A stretch of DNA of 64,000 nt from an uncultured Gammaproteobacteria bacterium (GTDB taxonomy: Bacteria > Patescibacteriota > Microgenomatia > Woykebacterales > RBG-16-39-9b): contig OZ246414.1 in the NCBI GenBank assembly GCA_965231125.1, forward strand, positions 512,137 to 576,136, given 5' to 3'. The notes below the pieces were generated by a model. It was not told the DNA's origin and did no database searches. It saw only the letters and a list, made by a program, of their open reading frames with translations. The first letter of the stretch is position 1, and the number at the start of each line of letters is the position of its first letter. Made by a program: the position numbers and the translations under genes. Shown here in pieces: positions 42,635 through 53,709 of this stretch.

Positions 42635-43144
42635 ATTTTAGAGTTTAGAATTGAGAATTCAGAATTAAAAATTCCAGTGATTGTGAATTCATAATTCGTT
42701 TAATTTCTGGTTATATTATCGTTCCTTTTTCGGAGAAGTGTCAATAGAGTCTAAGTGGATAGAAAGAAATCAAAAGTAATCAGGTGGTAAAAATTGACTT
42801 CGAAGGGTATAATCTTAGTTGGTACTGGGTTGGGGAATGATGTGCATATCGTTTCTCGTATCCATTAACTTGGAAATGCAGTACCCTGGCCGCTGCGCAA
42901 TCGAACGCCGATCGCCCGCAGCGGACTAGATTTTTACTTGGGCAACTGCCCAATTAGTTTAGGTGTTCGCTTGCGTTACTGATTTCCTTTCCTCCCCCAG
43001 GAGATGAAGCCAAAGTCGCAAGCTAGACCACCACCTGGCCGCAGTCGAGATGAGTGTCTCATCGTCCTCGTTTCGTCTGCGGTCTTCTCTTTTCCAACCC
43101 ACAGTATTTCAATAAAGTTTATTTTGGTTTAGAATATCTATTCC

Positions 43145-45253
43145 ATGGAAAAATTCGAACTTGTAAGTCCATTTAAACCTACTGGTGATCAACCGGAAGC
43201 AATCGACAAACTTGTTGAGGGGTTGAAAAAGGGTTTTAAAAGTCAAGTTTTGCTGGGGGCCACGGGCACAGGCAAAACTTTCACGATGGCCAATGTCATC
43301 GCGAAGGTAAACAAACCGACTTTAATTTTAGCCCACAATAAAACCTTAGCTGCGCAGCTAGCGTCCGAGTTCCGAGAATTTTTCCCCAAAAATTCCGTCG
43401 AATATTTTGTTAGTTATTACGATTATTACCAGCCGGAAAGCTATGTGCCTCAAATTGATCTTTATATTGAAAAGGACGCCGATATCAACGAGGAGATTGA
43501 CCGGCTGCGGCTCGCCGCAACCAAATCCTTAATGACCCGCAAGGACGTGATTATTGTGGCTTCGGTTTCTTGCATCTACAATATTGGTTCCCCAGAATCC
43601 TACAGACAGAGTGTAATAACTTTGTTTAAGGACCAGAGAATAGGAATTAAAGAAATACTGCGAAGGCTTCTTGACTTACAATACGAGCGAAATGATTTGG
43701 ATCTGCAAAGAGGAAACTTTCGGGTAAAAGGGGACGTTTTGGAAGTTTATCCGGCTTACGAGCAAACGGTTATAAGGGTACGTTTTCTGGGTGATTCTAT
43801 CGAAAAGATAGAGAAGCTATCACCAACCAGTTTGGATAGTGAAGGTGCTCTTGAAGAAATTTCCATTTTTCCGGCCAGACACTACGTTATGCCGCAGCAA
43901 AATATCGAAGAACCCATTTCCCAAATCAAAAATGATCTCCGAGATCGGTTGGAACTACTAAAAAAGGAAGGCAAGGATGTTGAAGCGAAAAGGCTCTCCC
44001 AGAGAACTAATTTCGACGTTGAACAGTTTGAGCAGCTTGGCTATGTAAAAGGAATTGAAAATTACTCCCGCTATTTTGACGGCCGACAGGCTGGTGAACC
44101 ACCATACACATTACTGGACTACTTTCCAGCTTTAGCTGGAAAGCAAGGTTCTGATGACCGAGATGTAAAATATTCATCTACATCTAGGGCGTCAGGTCCT
44201 TTTCTTCCAAAGGATTTTTTGCTTTTCGTTGATGAATCTCACATGAGTCTTCCGCAGATTCGGGGAATGTGGCACGGGGAACGCGCACGAAAAAATATTT
44301 TGATAGACAATGGTTTTCGGCTTCCCAGCGCCATGGATAATCGGCCCTTAACTTTTGACGAGTTTTCACGAAAAATACACCAAGTAATTTATACTTCGGC
44401 GACACCAGACACATACGAACTTTCGATTGCAGATCAAGTAGTGCAACAAATTATCCGCCCAACTGGTATTGTGGATCCCCAAGTGGAAGTGCGACCTACA
44501 AAAGGACAGATTCCTGATTTGATCACTGAAATTCAGAAAAGAGTCAAAAAAGGACAGCGAGTTTTGGTTACGACTCTAACAAAAAACATGGCCGAAGATT
44601 TATCAGAATATTTAGGCGAACGGGAAATAAAAGTAATGTACATTCATTTTCAAGTCGATACTTTGGAAAGGATAAATATTTTGCGGGATTTGCGGCTTGG
44701 GAAATACGATGTCTTAGTGGGGATTAATCTTTTGCGTGAAGGTTTAGATCTTCCGGAAGTCTCGCTAGTCGCCATTTTGGACGCGGATAAAGAAGGGTTC
44801 CTACGCAGTAAAACGAGTTTGGTTCAAACAACGGGCCGGGCCGCCCGTCACGTTGAAGGCAGAGTAATAATGTACGCGGATAACGTGACCGGTTCGATAA
44901 AAGGAGCAATTGAAGAGACAAACCGCAGGCGGAGCGTTCAGGAACAATATAATAAGGAGCACGGTATTACTCCAGAAACAATTCAGAAGGCAATCCACGA
45001 TATTGGCGAGCGCCTCGCCGAGATAGCTCCCGAAGCCACCACCGTGGCCGAAATTGATTTTACTAAAGTTCCTAAAAAAGAAGTTAAAAGATTGACTCGC
45101 GATTTGGAACAAGAAATGAAACTTGCGGCCGAAGAACTGGATTTTGAAAAAGCAGCTATAATCCGCGACCAACTATTTGATCTAAAAAACCAAACCCTAG
45201 AAATTCCCAAAACAGTTACAGTAAAAGAAGCAAAGAAAATTTCACTGAATTAG
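43145..45253 (+). CDS. uvrB: Excinuclease ABC subunit B
   Basis: GATGTGKTF Walker A. Helicase motifs. C-terminal UVR motif [18 protein letters not shown]. Confidence 0.95.
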   Translation: MEKFELVSPFKPTGDQPEAIDKLVEGLKKGFKSQVLLGATGTGKTFTMANVIAKVNKPTLILAHNKTLAAQLASEFREFFPKNSVEYFVSYYDYYQPESYVPQIDLYIEKDADINEEIDRLRLAATKSLMTRKDVIIVASVSCIYNIGSPESYRQSVITLFKDQRIGIKEILRRLLDLQYERNDLDLQRGNFRVKGDVLEVYPAYEQTVIRVRFLGDSIEKIEKLSPTSLDSEGALEEISIFPARHYVMPQQNIEEPISQIKNDLRDRLELLKKEGKDVEAKRLSQRTNFDVEQFEQLGYVKGIENYSRYFDGRQAGEPPYTLLDYFPALAGKQGSDDRDVKYSSTSRASGPFLPKDFLLFVDESHMSLPQIRGMWHGERARKNILIDNGFRLPSAMDNRPLTFDEFSRKIHQVIYTSATPDTYELSIADQVVQQIIRPTGIVDPQVEVRPTKGQIPDLITEIQKRVKKGQRVLVTTLTKNMAEDLSEYLGEREIKVMYIHFQVDTLERINILRDLRLGKYDVLVGINLLREGLDLPEVSLVAILDADKEGFLRSKTSLVQTTGRAARHVEGRVIMYADNVTGSIKGAIEETNRRRSVQEQYNKEHGITPETIQKAIHDIGERLAEIAPEATTVAEIDFTKVPKKEVKRLTRDLEQEMKLAAEELDFEKAAIIRDQLFDLKNQTLEIPKTVTVKEAKKISLN

Positions 45254-45283
45254 AAAACCGGCCAGCCAATCTGACAAAAGAAA

Positions 45284-45340
45284 AACCCAGGGCTACCACA
45301 CTCAAATCAAATTGAGATGCGGTAATAACCCTGGGTTTAC
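45284..45340 (+). terminator. Stem-loop AACCCAGGG-N36-CCCTGGGTT followed by T-run, downstream of uvrB
   Basis: 9-bp perfect stem with an unusually long loop containing a nested small hairpin, then TTTAC. Confidence 0.35.
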
Positions 45341-45397
45341 GCTTTCGTTGCGCTGCTCGCTCAGTTATTAATCAGTAGAGCTGAGACTACTTTTCGC

Positions 45398-45619
45398 CTA
45401 TGGAGTTGGTACGACCGGTGCTACTGTGATCGGCTCAGCATTCAGCGATAGGGGCTGGTCAGCGGTGAAGAACTTGACTCCTCTGATCTTGATCAGCGCG
45501 TTCGTTGCCGAGTCGAAGAAGAACCACTCGTCGCAACCCGCCGCTGCGCCACCGCCACCATAGTAGATACCGTCGAGTGAGGGAGCGGTGATCACCGCAT
45601 TACCGTGATCATGCTGCAC
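45398..45619 (-). pseudogene. Gly-rich fragment, possibly C-terminal part of the same disrupted gene
   Basis: IYYGGGGAAAGC Gly-rich tract like TPM-domain C-termini. Frame differs from the preceding fragment. Confidence 0.25.
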
Positions 45620-45953
45620 CTCTTGAGTTGAGGATAGAAAGTCGCAGGAGTTGACCGGCAGAGTCTTTCGCCACGTAGTAGCCGATGACGTTCCCCGTGT
45701 CCGCCAAGATGTAGACGTACCACGGGTGGTTCAGCAAGTCCTCCCGCTGAGTGAACTCGACCAGGGCTCTACGCAGCGGAAAGTTGACTGAATTGGGCGC
45801 GGGTGCGACCTTTTCCGCTTGCGCGAACACATTGGCCCTTTGGTTGACCGCCGCTTGTCGTTGCTGCTCGATCTTTGAGTCTCCACATGATGCCGCCGTG
45901 CCCACAAGCAGGAGCAGCAGTCCCGCTCCGAGAACAATTCCTAGCTTCCGCAT
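45609..45953 (-). pseudogene. Lipoprotein-signal fragment, possibly N-terminal part of a disrupted TPM-domain-like gene (LemA partner)
   Basis: LVGTAASC lipobox-like. Overlaps the lemA end (13 nt) and the next ORF (11 nt) in different frames. High GC. Confidence 0.3.
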
Positions 45954-46378
45954 GATGTCTGTTCCCCTTTCTTGTGCTGCGTCGTGTCCAATTGGTACGG
46001 CAGGTTCGAATCCCTGAATTGCCCGATCGTATAATCCTTGCGTGCGTCGGCATTGTACTGAGCTATAGCACGCTGTCTGTCAGCCACGATGCCCGCAATG
46101 TTGGTCAGAACGCGGTTGTAGTCACGGGTGCCCTGGGTTAGAGCCGAAAGCTCATCAGATTGGGCATCGAGCGATGCTTCGTCCGCTTGAATTGCTGCAC
46201 ACAGATCGAAGAAGTGATTGTATGCCGGGATGCGGAAGTCCGCGCTTTGGATACGAATGTGCGCCTCACCGCGACCGACGATGTTCGCTGTTGCCACCCT
46301 CAACGCGAAGTTGAGGCCGGCGAACGCCCATGTCAGAACGAAAGCGAAGAGCAGGATACCAACGATCCAGCCCGCCAA
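45941..46378 (-). CDS. LemA family protein (C-terminally short), in high-GC island
   Basis: N-terminal TM, then NFALRVATANIVGRGEAH...RAIAQYNADARKDYTIGQF matching the LemA core. GC3-rich codons unlike the rest of the window. Confidence 0.55.
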   Translation of the reverse strand: MAGWIVGILLFAFVLTWAFAGLNFALRVATANIVGRGEAHIRIQSADFRIPAYNHFFDLCAAIQADEASLDAQSDELSALTQGTRDYNRVLTNIAGIVADRQRAIAQYNADARKDYTIGQFRDSNLPYQLDTTQHKKGEQTSCGS

Positions 46379-47275
46379 GGCCCCGACGTTGATAGTGCGT
46401 GGTAGTTATTAGCTAGGAAAAATTTTTTTATTGTGCTATTAAGTAAAACAAAAAAATTATTAACTGATATAGCAAGTAATACATTACCACATGTCCCGCA
46501 AATCTTCTGTAAGCCCAACTACAAAGTGGGTCCAGGAAGACAAATTCAGCAAACTAGTCTATTTTAAAAATGAGGGGAAAAAGAAAGCTCTCGTGAAGGT
46601 TCGCGAGAGCTAGTTGTCTAGAGGGCTGGCTGAGTATAAATCCCGAAGGGTAATTGCTCCACATGCGGGTAGTAGTGCCAGCCCCATTATTTACATCACG
46701 CTCTCTCCAGACTAGTCAATCAACAACTTTAAGCTGAGCAGAACTAGTCGAACTAAAGTGACTAGGGAGCATTCTGCCCAGGCAGTGTTAGGACGCTGCT
46801 CCAACGTTGGTGAGTTCTGGTGCCGGCTTCAGTACCCAAGCTTACGGGTTACCCTAAATCCGGTGGCACGGAAACAAGGCTACCGTTACCTTTTGAGCGC
46901 TAAAGTCGGCCCGTTAGCGCAATGCGTTATACACCACTACTGGTATTAACACACCACGCGGCTAGATTCTATCTCCGTCCTTTTTGATTGTCAACAAGGG
47001 CTTTTCAGCCTTGGAAATTTCTTGCCGGTCGAAAAACGTCCTGGTGGCAGGGTGGGATTGGCGTTTTTTTTACTCGACCGGCAATTTTGGAAGGAGCGCG
47101 CGGCACTCCTTGCCTTGGTTTTCCTGTGCGCAGGCCGGATGGGCTAAGGAGGTACCGGGGCCCAACACACATTTGAAAACCACGGCGGGGATTATAGTAT
47201 ACCCTATAACATATGTCAAGACCCTCTAACTCGTCTTGTAAAAACTTGCAAAAGGGAGTAAAATCTTACGATCTT

Positions 47276-50134
47276 ATGGACGATAAAATCATTATCCGAG
47301 GTGCCCGGGAACATAATTTGAAAAACGTTGATGTCGAAATTCCGAAGAATAAATTGGTTGTTATCACTGGAATTTCCGGATCAGGTAAATCTTCCTTAGC
47401 TTTTGACACTATTTACGCCGAAGGGCAACGTCGCTACGTTGAATCTCTTTCCGCCTACGCCAGACAATTTTTGGGTTTAATGGAAAAGCCAGATGTAGAC
47501 CAGATTGAAGGTCTCTCTCCTGCAATTTCAATCGACCAAAAATCCGCACCTCGCAACCCACGTTCGACAGTGGGAACAATCACCGAAATTTACGATTATA
47601 TGAGGCTTTTGTGGGCAAGAGTCGGCCGGCCTCATTGCCCGGTCGACGGTAAAGAAATAAAAGCCCAAACACCGCAAGAGATTGTGGATCAAATCATTAG
47701 TTTGGCGAACAAAAGGGCCAAAGGCGACAAAAGAAACGAAGGGATGGTTTTGATTTTGGCGCCAGTAGTAAAAGGTCGTAAGGGTATTTATGATGAGGTT
47801 TTTCAGGATCTGAAGAAAAAAGGGTACGTCCGAGTTCGGGTCGATGGTAAAGTTTTTGAAATAGATGAAACTCCCGCCCTTGGTCGCTATAAAATTCACG
47901 ATATCGATGTAGTGGTGGATCGGCTGACTGGGCAGGTCGATAAACAAAGATTAACCGAGTCGGTGGAGGTGGCCTTGAGACTTTCCGACGGCGTAGCTCT
48001 CGCCTCGATGAACGGAAAAGACACTTTATTTTCGGAAAAATTATCCTGTCCACAGCACAGCCTCTCCTTGCCGGAATTAGAACCAAGAACGTTTTCTTTT
48101 AACTCTCCTTATGGCGCGTGCCCAGCCTGCAGCGGTATCGGGTCAAAATTGACAGTCGACCCTGATTTAGTAGTTCCGAATAAAAATCTATCTATCTCTG
48201 AGGGGGCGATACTGCCCTGGAGCAGACTCCTCGGCTCCGATAACTGGTCTAGTAGAAGGTTAGAGGCTTTGGCAGGACATTTCAAAATATCTTTAAGTGC
48301 ACCCATCAACTCTCTTCCAAAGAAAATTTTGGATACCATTATTTACGGTTCCGAAGATGAAGTTTTTGAAGTTTCGGGTAGGAACCGGTTTGGGCGCTAT
48401 ATTAGTTTTCACACTAGCTTTGAGGGGGTAGTTCCGGAAATGTTGCGGCGCTACAAGGAAACGGAAAGTGAATGGACAAAGCGCGAGATTGAAAAATACA
48501 TGAGGGAAGAAATTTGCGAAATCTGTCGGGGAAGTAGGCTAAAGAAAGAAACCCTTTTCATCACAATTGCCGATAAGTCAATCAGTGAGGTTACAAGTTT
48601 CTCGATCAATAAATCGAACGAATGGTTCGGCAACTTAGAGCTAGATGAAAAAGAAAAGCAGATTGCAAAGCAAATACTGAAAGAAATAAAGGCTAGGTTG
48701 AGATTTTTACTTGATGTGGGTTTGAGTTACCTAACTTTAGACAGGACGAGCGTTACTTTAGCCGGTGGCGAAGCCCAAAGGATACGACTTGCTTCCCAAA
48801 TTGGTTCTGGTCTTTCGGGAGTTTTGTACGTTCTGGACGAGCCTTCAATTGGGCTGCACCAAAGAGACAACATAAAACTTATCGATACTTTAAAAAATCT
48901 GCGTGATTTGGGCAACACTGTTATTGTTGTAGAACACGATCGAGAGACGATTGAAGAAGCTGATTGGGTTTTAGACACTGGTCCGGGTGCGGGTGAACAC
49001 GGCGGTGAAGTTATTGCGCAGGGCACACCTGCAGATATAATTGCGAGTAAAAATTCGATCACCGGGCAGTTTTTGGCCGGGAAAAGAACAATTCTCGGGG
49101 AATACCGCAAAGGGGAACGTAAAATCGGAAAGAAAATTACAGTTGTTGACGCCGCAGAACATAATCTTAAAAAAATAACAGTAGAGTTTCCTTTAGGTAG
49201 CTTTATTTGTGTAACCGGGGTTTCGGGAAGTGGAAAATCTACTTTAGTTGAAGATATTTTAAGAAAATCTTTAGCGCAGAAAATTTATCGTTCGAAAGAA
49301 AAAGCGGGCTCCCACAAGGAAATTTTGGGGGTGGAATTCATTGATAAGATAGTCAATATCGATCAGTCCCCAATCGGGCGGACGCCGCGCAGTAATCCCG
49401 CAACTTATACCGGTGCTTTTTCCCACATCCGAGACCTTTTTGCGAAGACGCCCGACGCTAAGGTGCGTGGCTATAGGGCGGGTAGGTTTTCATTTAATGT
49501 TAAGGGGGGCCGGTGTGAAAATTGTGAAGGCGACGGAGTGATCAAAATTGAAATGCAGTTTTTGCCTGATGTTTACGTAACTTGTGAGACTTGTCAAGGT
49601 AAAAGATACAATCGAGAAGCCTTGGAAATAAATTATAAGGGTAAGAACATTTCGGACATTTTGACCATGACGGTTGAGGAGGCGCTTGAATTTTTCCAAA
49701 ATGTTCCCTTAATCAAAAATAAACTTCAAACTCTGAAGGACGTCGGTCTATCCTACATTCGTCTTGGTCAGGCGGCCACAACTCTTTCCGGTGGAGAAGC
49801 CCAAAGAATTAAACTGGCCACTGAGCTGTCAAAACGAAGTACGGGCAAAACTTTTTATATTTTAGATGAACCAACCACTGGTCTGCACTTTGCCGACATT
49901 GAAAACTTACTTTTCGTTTTACACCGCCTCGTAGATTTAGGTAACACTGTAGTGGTAATCGAGCACAATTTAGATCTAGTTAAAACAGCCGATTGGATTA
50001 TCGATTTGGGACCGGAAGGCGGAGACGCTGGTGGACAAATTGTCGCCCAAGGATCTCCACGGCAAGTCTCGGAAAACAAAAAATCCTACACCGGGCAGTA
50101 TTTGAAGGAAACCTTGAAAACTTCAATTGCATAG
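47276..50134 (+). CDS. uvrA: Excinuclease ABC subunit A
   Basis: [44 protein letters not shown] aligns with UvrA N-termini. Two ABC modules and Zn fingers. ORF-track start 47213 is probably too far upstream. Confidence 0.9.
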   Translation: MDDKIIIRGAREHNLKNVDVEIPKNKLVVITGISGSGKSSLAFDTIYAEGQRRYVESLSAYARQFLGLMEKPDVDQIEGLSPAISIDQKSAPRNPRSTVGTITEIYDYMRLLWARVGRPHCPVDGKEIKAQTPQEIVDQIISLANKRAKGDKRNEGMVLILAPVVKGRKGIYDEVFQDLKKKGYVRVRVDGKVFEIDETPALGRYKIHDIDVVVDRLTGQVDKQRLTESVEVALRLSDGVALASMNGKDTLFSEKLSCPQHSLSLPELEPRTFSFNSPYGACPACSGIGSKLTVDPDLVVPNKNLSISEGAILPWSRLLGSDNWSSRRLEALAGHFKISLSAPINSLPKKILDTIIYGSEDEVFEVSGRNRFGRYISFHTSFEGVVPEMLRRYKETESEWTKREIEKYMREEICEICRGSRLKKETLFITIADKSISEVTSFSINKSNEWFGNLELDEKEKQIAKQILKEIKARLRFLLDVGLSYLTLDRTSVTLAGGEAQRIRLASQIGSGLSGVLYVLDEPSIGLHQRDNIKLIDTLKNLRDLGNTVIVVEHDRETIEEADWVLDTGPGAGEHGGEVIAQGTPADIIASKNSITGQFLAGKRTILGEYRKGERKIGKKITVVDAAEHNLKKITVEFPLGSFICVTGVSGSGKSTLVEDILRKSLAQKIYRSKEKAGSHKEILGVEFIDKIVNIDQSPIGRTPRSNPATYTGAFSHIRDLFAKTPDAKVRGYRAGRFSFNVKGGRCENCEGDGVIKIEMQFLPDVYVTCETCQGKRYNREALEINYKGKNISDILTMTVEEALEFFQNVPLIKNKLQTLKDVGLSYIRLGQAATTLSGGEAQRIKLATELSKRSTGKTFYILDEPTTGLHFADIENLLFVLHRLVDLGNTVVVIEHNLDLVKTADWIIDLGPEGGDAGGQIVAQGSPRQVSENKKSYTGQYLKETLKTSIA

Positions 50135-50164
50135 CAGCCTTCTCTATGGTAAATTTAGGATTCT

Positions 50165-50548
50165 ATGGAAGACTCTGAAAAGGTAAAGGTTTTGATAGTT
50201 GAAGATGAGCCGGAATTTTTAGAGTTGTATCGTCTCAAACTTACACTGGACGGTTACGATGTCATAGCCGCGAAATCCGGGAAAGAGGCGTTAGATAAGG
50301 CTTCTTCAAGGCAGCCACAACTTATTCTCCTAGACATTAAGATGCCGGAAATGGACGGTTTTGAGGTCCTAAAAAAACTTCGTTCTGAACCTGGTACCAA
50401 AAACACACCAGTGGTAATTCTTTCTAATTTTGATGAGCAGGAAATGATTGAAAAAGGTTTGTCTTTGGGTGCCAACGAATATTTGCTAAAATTTCAGTTT
50501 ACCCCGGAGGAAATTTCATCAAGAATAAAGAATTGGGTTGAACACTAA
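50165..50548 (+). CDS. Stand-alone response regulator receiver (CheY-like) protein
   Basis: KVLIVEDEPEF..LDIKMPEMDGFEVLKKLR..PVVILS.. with Asp pocket and phospho-acceptor D. Confidence 0.8.
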   Translation: MEDSEKVKVLIVEDEPEFLELYRLKLTLDGYDVIAAKSGKEALDKASSRQPQLILLDIKMPEMDGFEVLKKLRSEPGTKNTPVVILSNFDEQEMIEKGLSLGANEYLLKFQFTPEEISSRIKNWVEH

Positions 50549-50575
50549 TGGGAGTTTGAATATAATAGCGCTTAC

Positions 50576-52441
50576 ATGTCATTTCGTTTCCGGTTGTTCC
50601 TCACACTATTATTAGTTCTCTTTATTGCCGTTTACTTTACTGGAAGAACGCTTGCCTCTGCATTTTCCGTCTCCTACAATGTAAAAGTTGCTTTCAAGAA
50701 CAACAGATCAGCCCACTTTACTCAAGAAATTAGCTTAAAAAATTTAACTGCCGATCTTTACCCAACCGAATATAGTTTAAATATTGGGTCCAGCAACGTT
50801 AGAAGTGTCTCCGGGTCAGACTCTCTTGGGCCAATAACGGTTACAAGCAAAAAGTATAAAGGCTCCACAGTGCTCACCGCCCGTTTGACTGACAAAGTGG
50901 TTGGGACGGGTAAGGTAACTAGCTTTACATTGAGATACACCATTACAAATTTAGCGCAAAAGCAAGGTAGAATGTGGAACATTTTAGTTCCGGGGATAAA
51001 CACTTCCGAGAAGCTCTCTTCATTCAAGCTAAGAATCTCTGTTCCAAGGGCTTACGGTGGGATTTACTCAGTTTACCCGCACCCAAAAAGTGCCAAAAAA
51101 CAAGGAAGTTTAAATACCTACTTCTTTGACAAAAAAAGCACACCAGCCGAAACGATTGTGGCTGAATTTGGCAATTATCAAGTAGTAAAGTTTTTCTTTA
51201 GATATAAATTAAAAAACTCAGAGATTTTTGGCAAAGACGAAAAAGTTTTAATTCCCCGCGATGCTGATTTTCAAGAAATATATTTAGGCGAGATATCCCC
51301 CCAACCAGTAAAAATTGAGACGGATGAGGATGGTAACTATTTCGCTGATTACCACCTCAAAGGTGGTGAAGAGGAAAATGTGGTTGTCCGTGGTTTTGCG
51401 AAAATACACAAAAACTTTAGTCCAAAAATAGCAAACCTCGACGTAAATAAATATTTAGGAAGTTCAAGCTCATGGAACGTTAATTCCGACTTAATAATTA
51501 AAAAAGCAAGTGAGCTGTCTAACATTCACGAAATCTACAAATTTGTAGTTGAAAACCTCACCTTTAACCAAAAATCGACGGATAATTTATTAAATAAACG
51601 TGAAGGCGCCCAGGCCGCTCTGAATAGTTCTGGTAAAGCCCTCACTAGTGATTTTGTGGACCTTTTTATTAGCCTGCTTCGTGCCAAGGGAATTGCGGCA
51701 AAACAGGCAGTGGGGTTTGCTTTTGGTGATGGTACAAATCTTACACCGACTCTGGTAAACGAGGCGGCCGGGAGTAAAATTCTTCACTCTTGGGTCGAAT
51801 ATTTTGATACTTCTCAAGGAAAGTGGCTTCAGGTGGATCCGACTTGGGGTTCAACTAGACAAGTCAACTATATCGATCAATTTGATGCCAATCACTTTAC
51901 CCTCTTCGAGCGAGCTTTTTCTAGCGGAGATCCAAAAATACCAGACATATTGACCAACGAAGGGTCTTTAGGAGATTTCGAAGTCCATCCGGTAGATTCG
52001 AAATTCGGCTTTTCGGCAAATCCCAGCGTCGAAATAGCGCTAAGTAAGGTAATTGGTGGGTTCCCCACGACTTGTAAGGTAATAATAAACAATAGTTCTG
52101 GAAAATCACTACTCTCGGCAAAGATCGTTTTAAACACCAACTCTCTGAAGGTGATTGGCGATGGGCAAAAAGATTTAGGTACAATTTTGCCTTACAGTCA
52201 ATACGAAGTCGATTTTAAAGTAAGGAGTAATTATGTGGTTGATAAGGGAACAGGATCCGTAGAGGCCACTCTTTACGGATACGATCAAGGAAAAGTCAAA
52301 ACGTTTACCCAATCGAAAAACGTTGAGATTGCGTCCTTTTTTAGTTTTAATCGTCCTCAAATTGTGCTGGTAGGGCTGTTAATACTTACACTGGCCGGTT
52401 TTTCATTTCCTTTTTACCGCCGGTTCCGAAAGGCTAAATAA
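50576..52441 (+). CDS. Membrane-anchored transglutaminase-like superfamily protein (Cys position replaced by Thr)
   Basis: N-terminal and C-terminal TM. Core ...GKALTSDFVDLFISLLRAKGIAAKQAVGF...HSWVEYFDTSQGKWLQVDPTWG is TGase-like with His/Asp present but no nucleophile Cys. Confidence 0.55.
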   Translation: MSFRFRLFLTLLLVLFIAVYFTGRTLASAFSVSYNVKVAFKNNRSAHFTQEISLKNLTADLYPTEYSLNIGSSNVRSVSGSDSLGPITVTSKKYKGSTVLTARLTDKVVGTGKVTSFTLRYTITNLAQKQGRMWNILVPGINTSEKLSSFKLRISVPRAYGGIYSVYPHPKSAKKQGSLNTYFFDKKSTPAETIVAEFGNYQVVKFFFRYKLKNSEIFGKDEKVLIPRDADFQEIYLGEISPQPVKIETDEDGNYFADYHLKGGEEENVVVRGFAKIHKNFSPKIANLDVNKYLGSSSSWNVNSDLIIKKASELSNIHEIYKFVVENLTFNQKSTDNLLNKREGAQAALNSSGKALTSDFVDLFISLLRAKGIAAKQAVGFAFGDGTNLTPTLVNEAAGSKILHSWVEYFDTSQGKWLQVDPTWGSTRQVNYIDQFDANHFTLFERAFSSGDPKIPDILTNEGSLGDFEVHPVDSKFGFSANPSVEIALSKVIGGFPTTCKVIINNSSGKSLLSAKIVLNTNSLKVIGDGQKDLGTILPYSQYEVDFKVRSNYVVDKGTGSVEATLYGYDQGKVKTFTQSKNVEIASFFSFNRPQIVLVGLLILTLAGFSFPFYRRFRKAK

Positions 52442-53688
52442 TGATTTCCGGCTTAGATAAGGCTCCAACCGCCCCGGGAGTTTATGTTCTTAAAAATAGC
52501 GAGAATGAAATTTTATACGTCGGCAAGGCGGTAAATTTAAAAAATAGATTAAAAAATTATGCAGCAAAGTCGCTAGACCCCCGTATAAACCAACTCATAG
52601 ATCAAGTAGACACGTTCGACACGTATGAGGTTACGTCGGAAATTGAGGCTCTAATACTTGAAGCAAATTTAATAAAAAAATACAAACCTGCCTTTAACGT
52701 TCAACTTAAAGACGACAAAGACTACCTTTACATCATTCTAACTGACGGCAAATTTCCCAAGGTTTTACCAGCCAGAAAAAAAAGATTACCGGAAGCTAAA
52801 ATTTATTTTGGACCGTACCCCTCTGCCAGCTCCGTGAGATCAACGTTAAGGACACTGCGTAAAATTTTTCCTTATAGCAACTGTGAGCCAAACCAAGGCA
52901 AAGCTTGTCTTTATTATCATCTTGGTCTTTGCCCTGGTGTTTGTATTGGGGCGATTAGCGAAGAAGCCTACAAAAAAAATATTAGAAGCATAGTTTTATT
53001 CCTAGAGGGAAAGAAACAAATAGTGCTAACTACTTTAAAAAAGGAAATGGACACTCTCTCCGCTCAACTAAAGTTTGAGGAAGCCGCCCAAGTGCATGAC
53101 CGGCTAAAGAGTTTAGTGTATATCATTCAAAAAATAGGTGACATTGATAAGTTCGCGGAAGACCCACAATTTATCCTCTCTTATAGGAAAGAAGAGCTTA
53201 AAGATTTACAGAAAGTTTTGAATCTTAAGGGACTGCCGAGAAGAATTGAGGGTTATGATATTTCAAATATTCAGGGCGAATACGCTGTCGGATCCATGGT
53301 GGTTTTCACAAATGCGGTTTCTGATAAAGCGCAATACCGCCGTTTCAAAATAAAAACCGTTAAAGGTATATCTGACACGGCGATGATGAAAGAAGTCCTG
53401 TGGCGGCGTTTTAACAATAGTTGGCCAGCCCCAGATTTGATCTTAGTGGACGGTGGTAAAGGGCAGTTGAGCGCGGCTTTACAGGCCTTAAGCGAGGCAA
53501 AACTCAGTTTACCAGCGGCGGGTTTGGCCAAAAGATTTGAGTGGATCTACGTACCTGCCCAACCGACACCAATTAAGCTGCCGCAAGGCTCAAAAGCACT
53601 TCATTTAATTCAGCGCTTGCGGGACGAAGCCCATCGGTTTGCTATTACCTACCACCGGAAACTGCGGGAAAGAAGCGTTTTGACGTAG
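52441..53688 (+). CDS. uvrC: Excinuclease ABC subunit C, short form (GIY-YIG + UVR + RNase-H-like endonuclease domain; no C-terminal HhH)
   Basis: GVYVLKNSENEILYVGKAVNLKNRLKNY (GIY-YIG). LKFEEAAQVHDRLKSL (UVR). LVDGGKGQL endonuclease motif. 415 aa. Confidence 0.8.
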   Translation: MISGLDKAPTAPGVYVLKNSENEILYVGKAVNLKNRLKNYAAKSLDPRINQLIDQVDTFDTYEVTSEIEALILEANLIKKYKPAFNVQLKDDKDYLYIILTDGKFPKVLPARKKRLPEAKIYFGPYPSASSVRSTLRTLRKIFPYSNCEPNQGKACLYYHLGLCPGVCIGAISEEAYKKNIRSIVLFLEGKKQIVLTTLKKEMDTLSAQLKFEEAAQVHDRLKSLVYIIQKIGDIDKFAEDPQFILSYRKEELKDLQKVLNLKGLPRRIEGYDISNIQGEYAVGSMVVFTNAVSDKAQYRRFKIKTVKGISDTAMMKEVLWRRFNNSWPAPDLILVDGGKGQLSAALQALSEAKLSLPAAGLAKRFEWIYVPAQPTPIKLPQGSKALHLIQRLRDEAHRFAITYHRKLRERSVLT

Positions 53689-53709
53689 AAACCGAAGAAT
53701 GCTAATCTG

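Noticed and set aside
45609-45953. Treating 45609-45953 and 45398-45619 as two bona fide independent genes
   Set aside because: They overlap each other and lemA in different frames within a foreign high-GC island. More parsimonious as one frame-disrupted gene, so annotated as pseudogene fragments with low confidence.
46560-47212. Assignment of this structured region to RNase P RNA, tmRNA or SRP RNA
   Set aside because: Could not find AGGAAAGUCCGG / ACAGAANCCGGCUUA (RNase P), a tag-peptide reading frame with tRNA-like ends (tmRNA), or the helix-8 GGAA/AGCAGCC motif (SRP). Left as unassigned candidate.
47213-47275. Upstream extension of uvrA (ORF-track start 47213)
   Set aside because: UvrA homologs align from MDDKIIIRG (ATG 47276). 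The upstream 21 codons have no SD and are not conserved.
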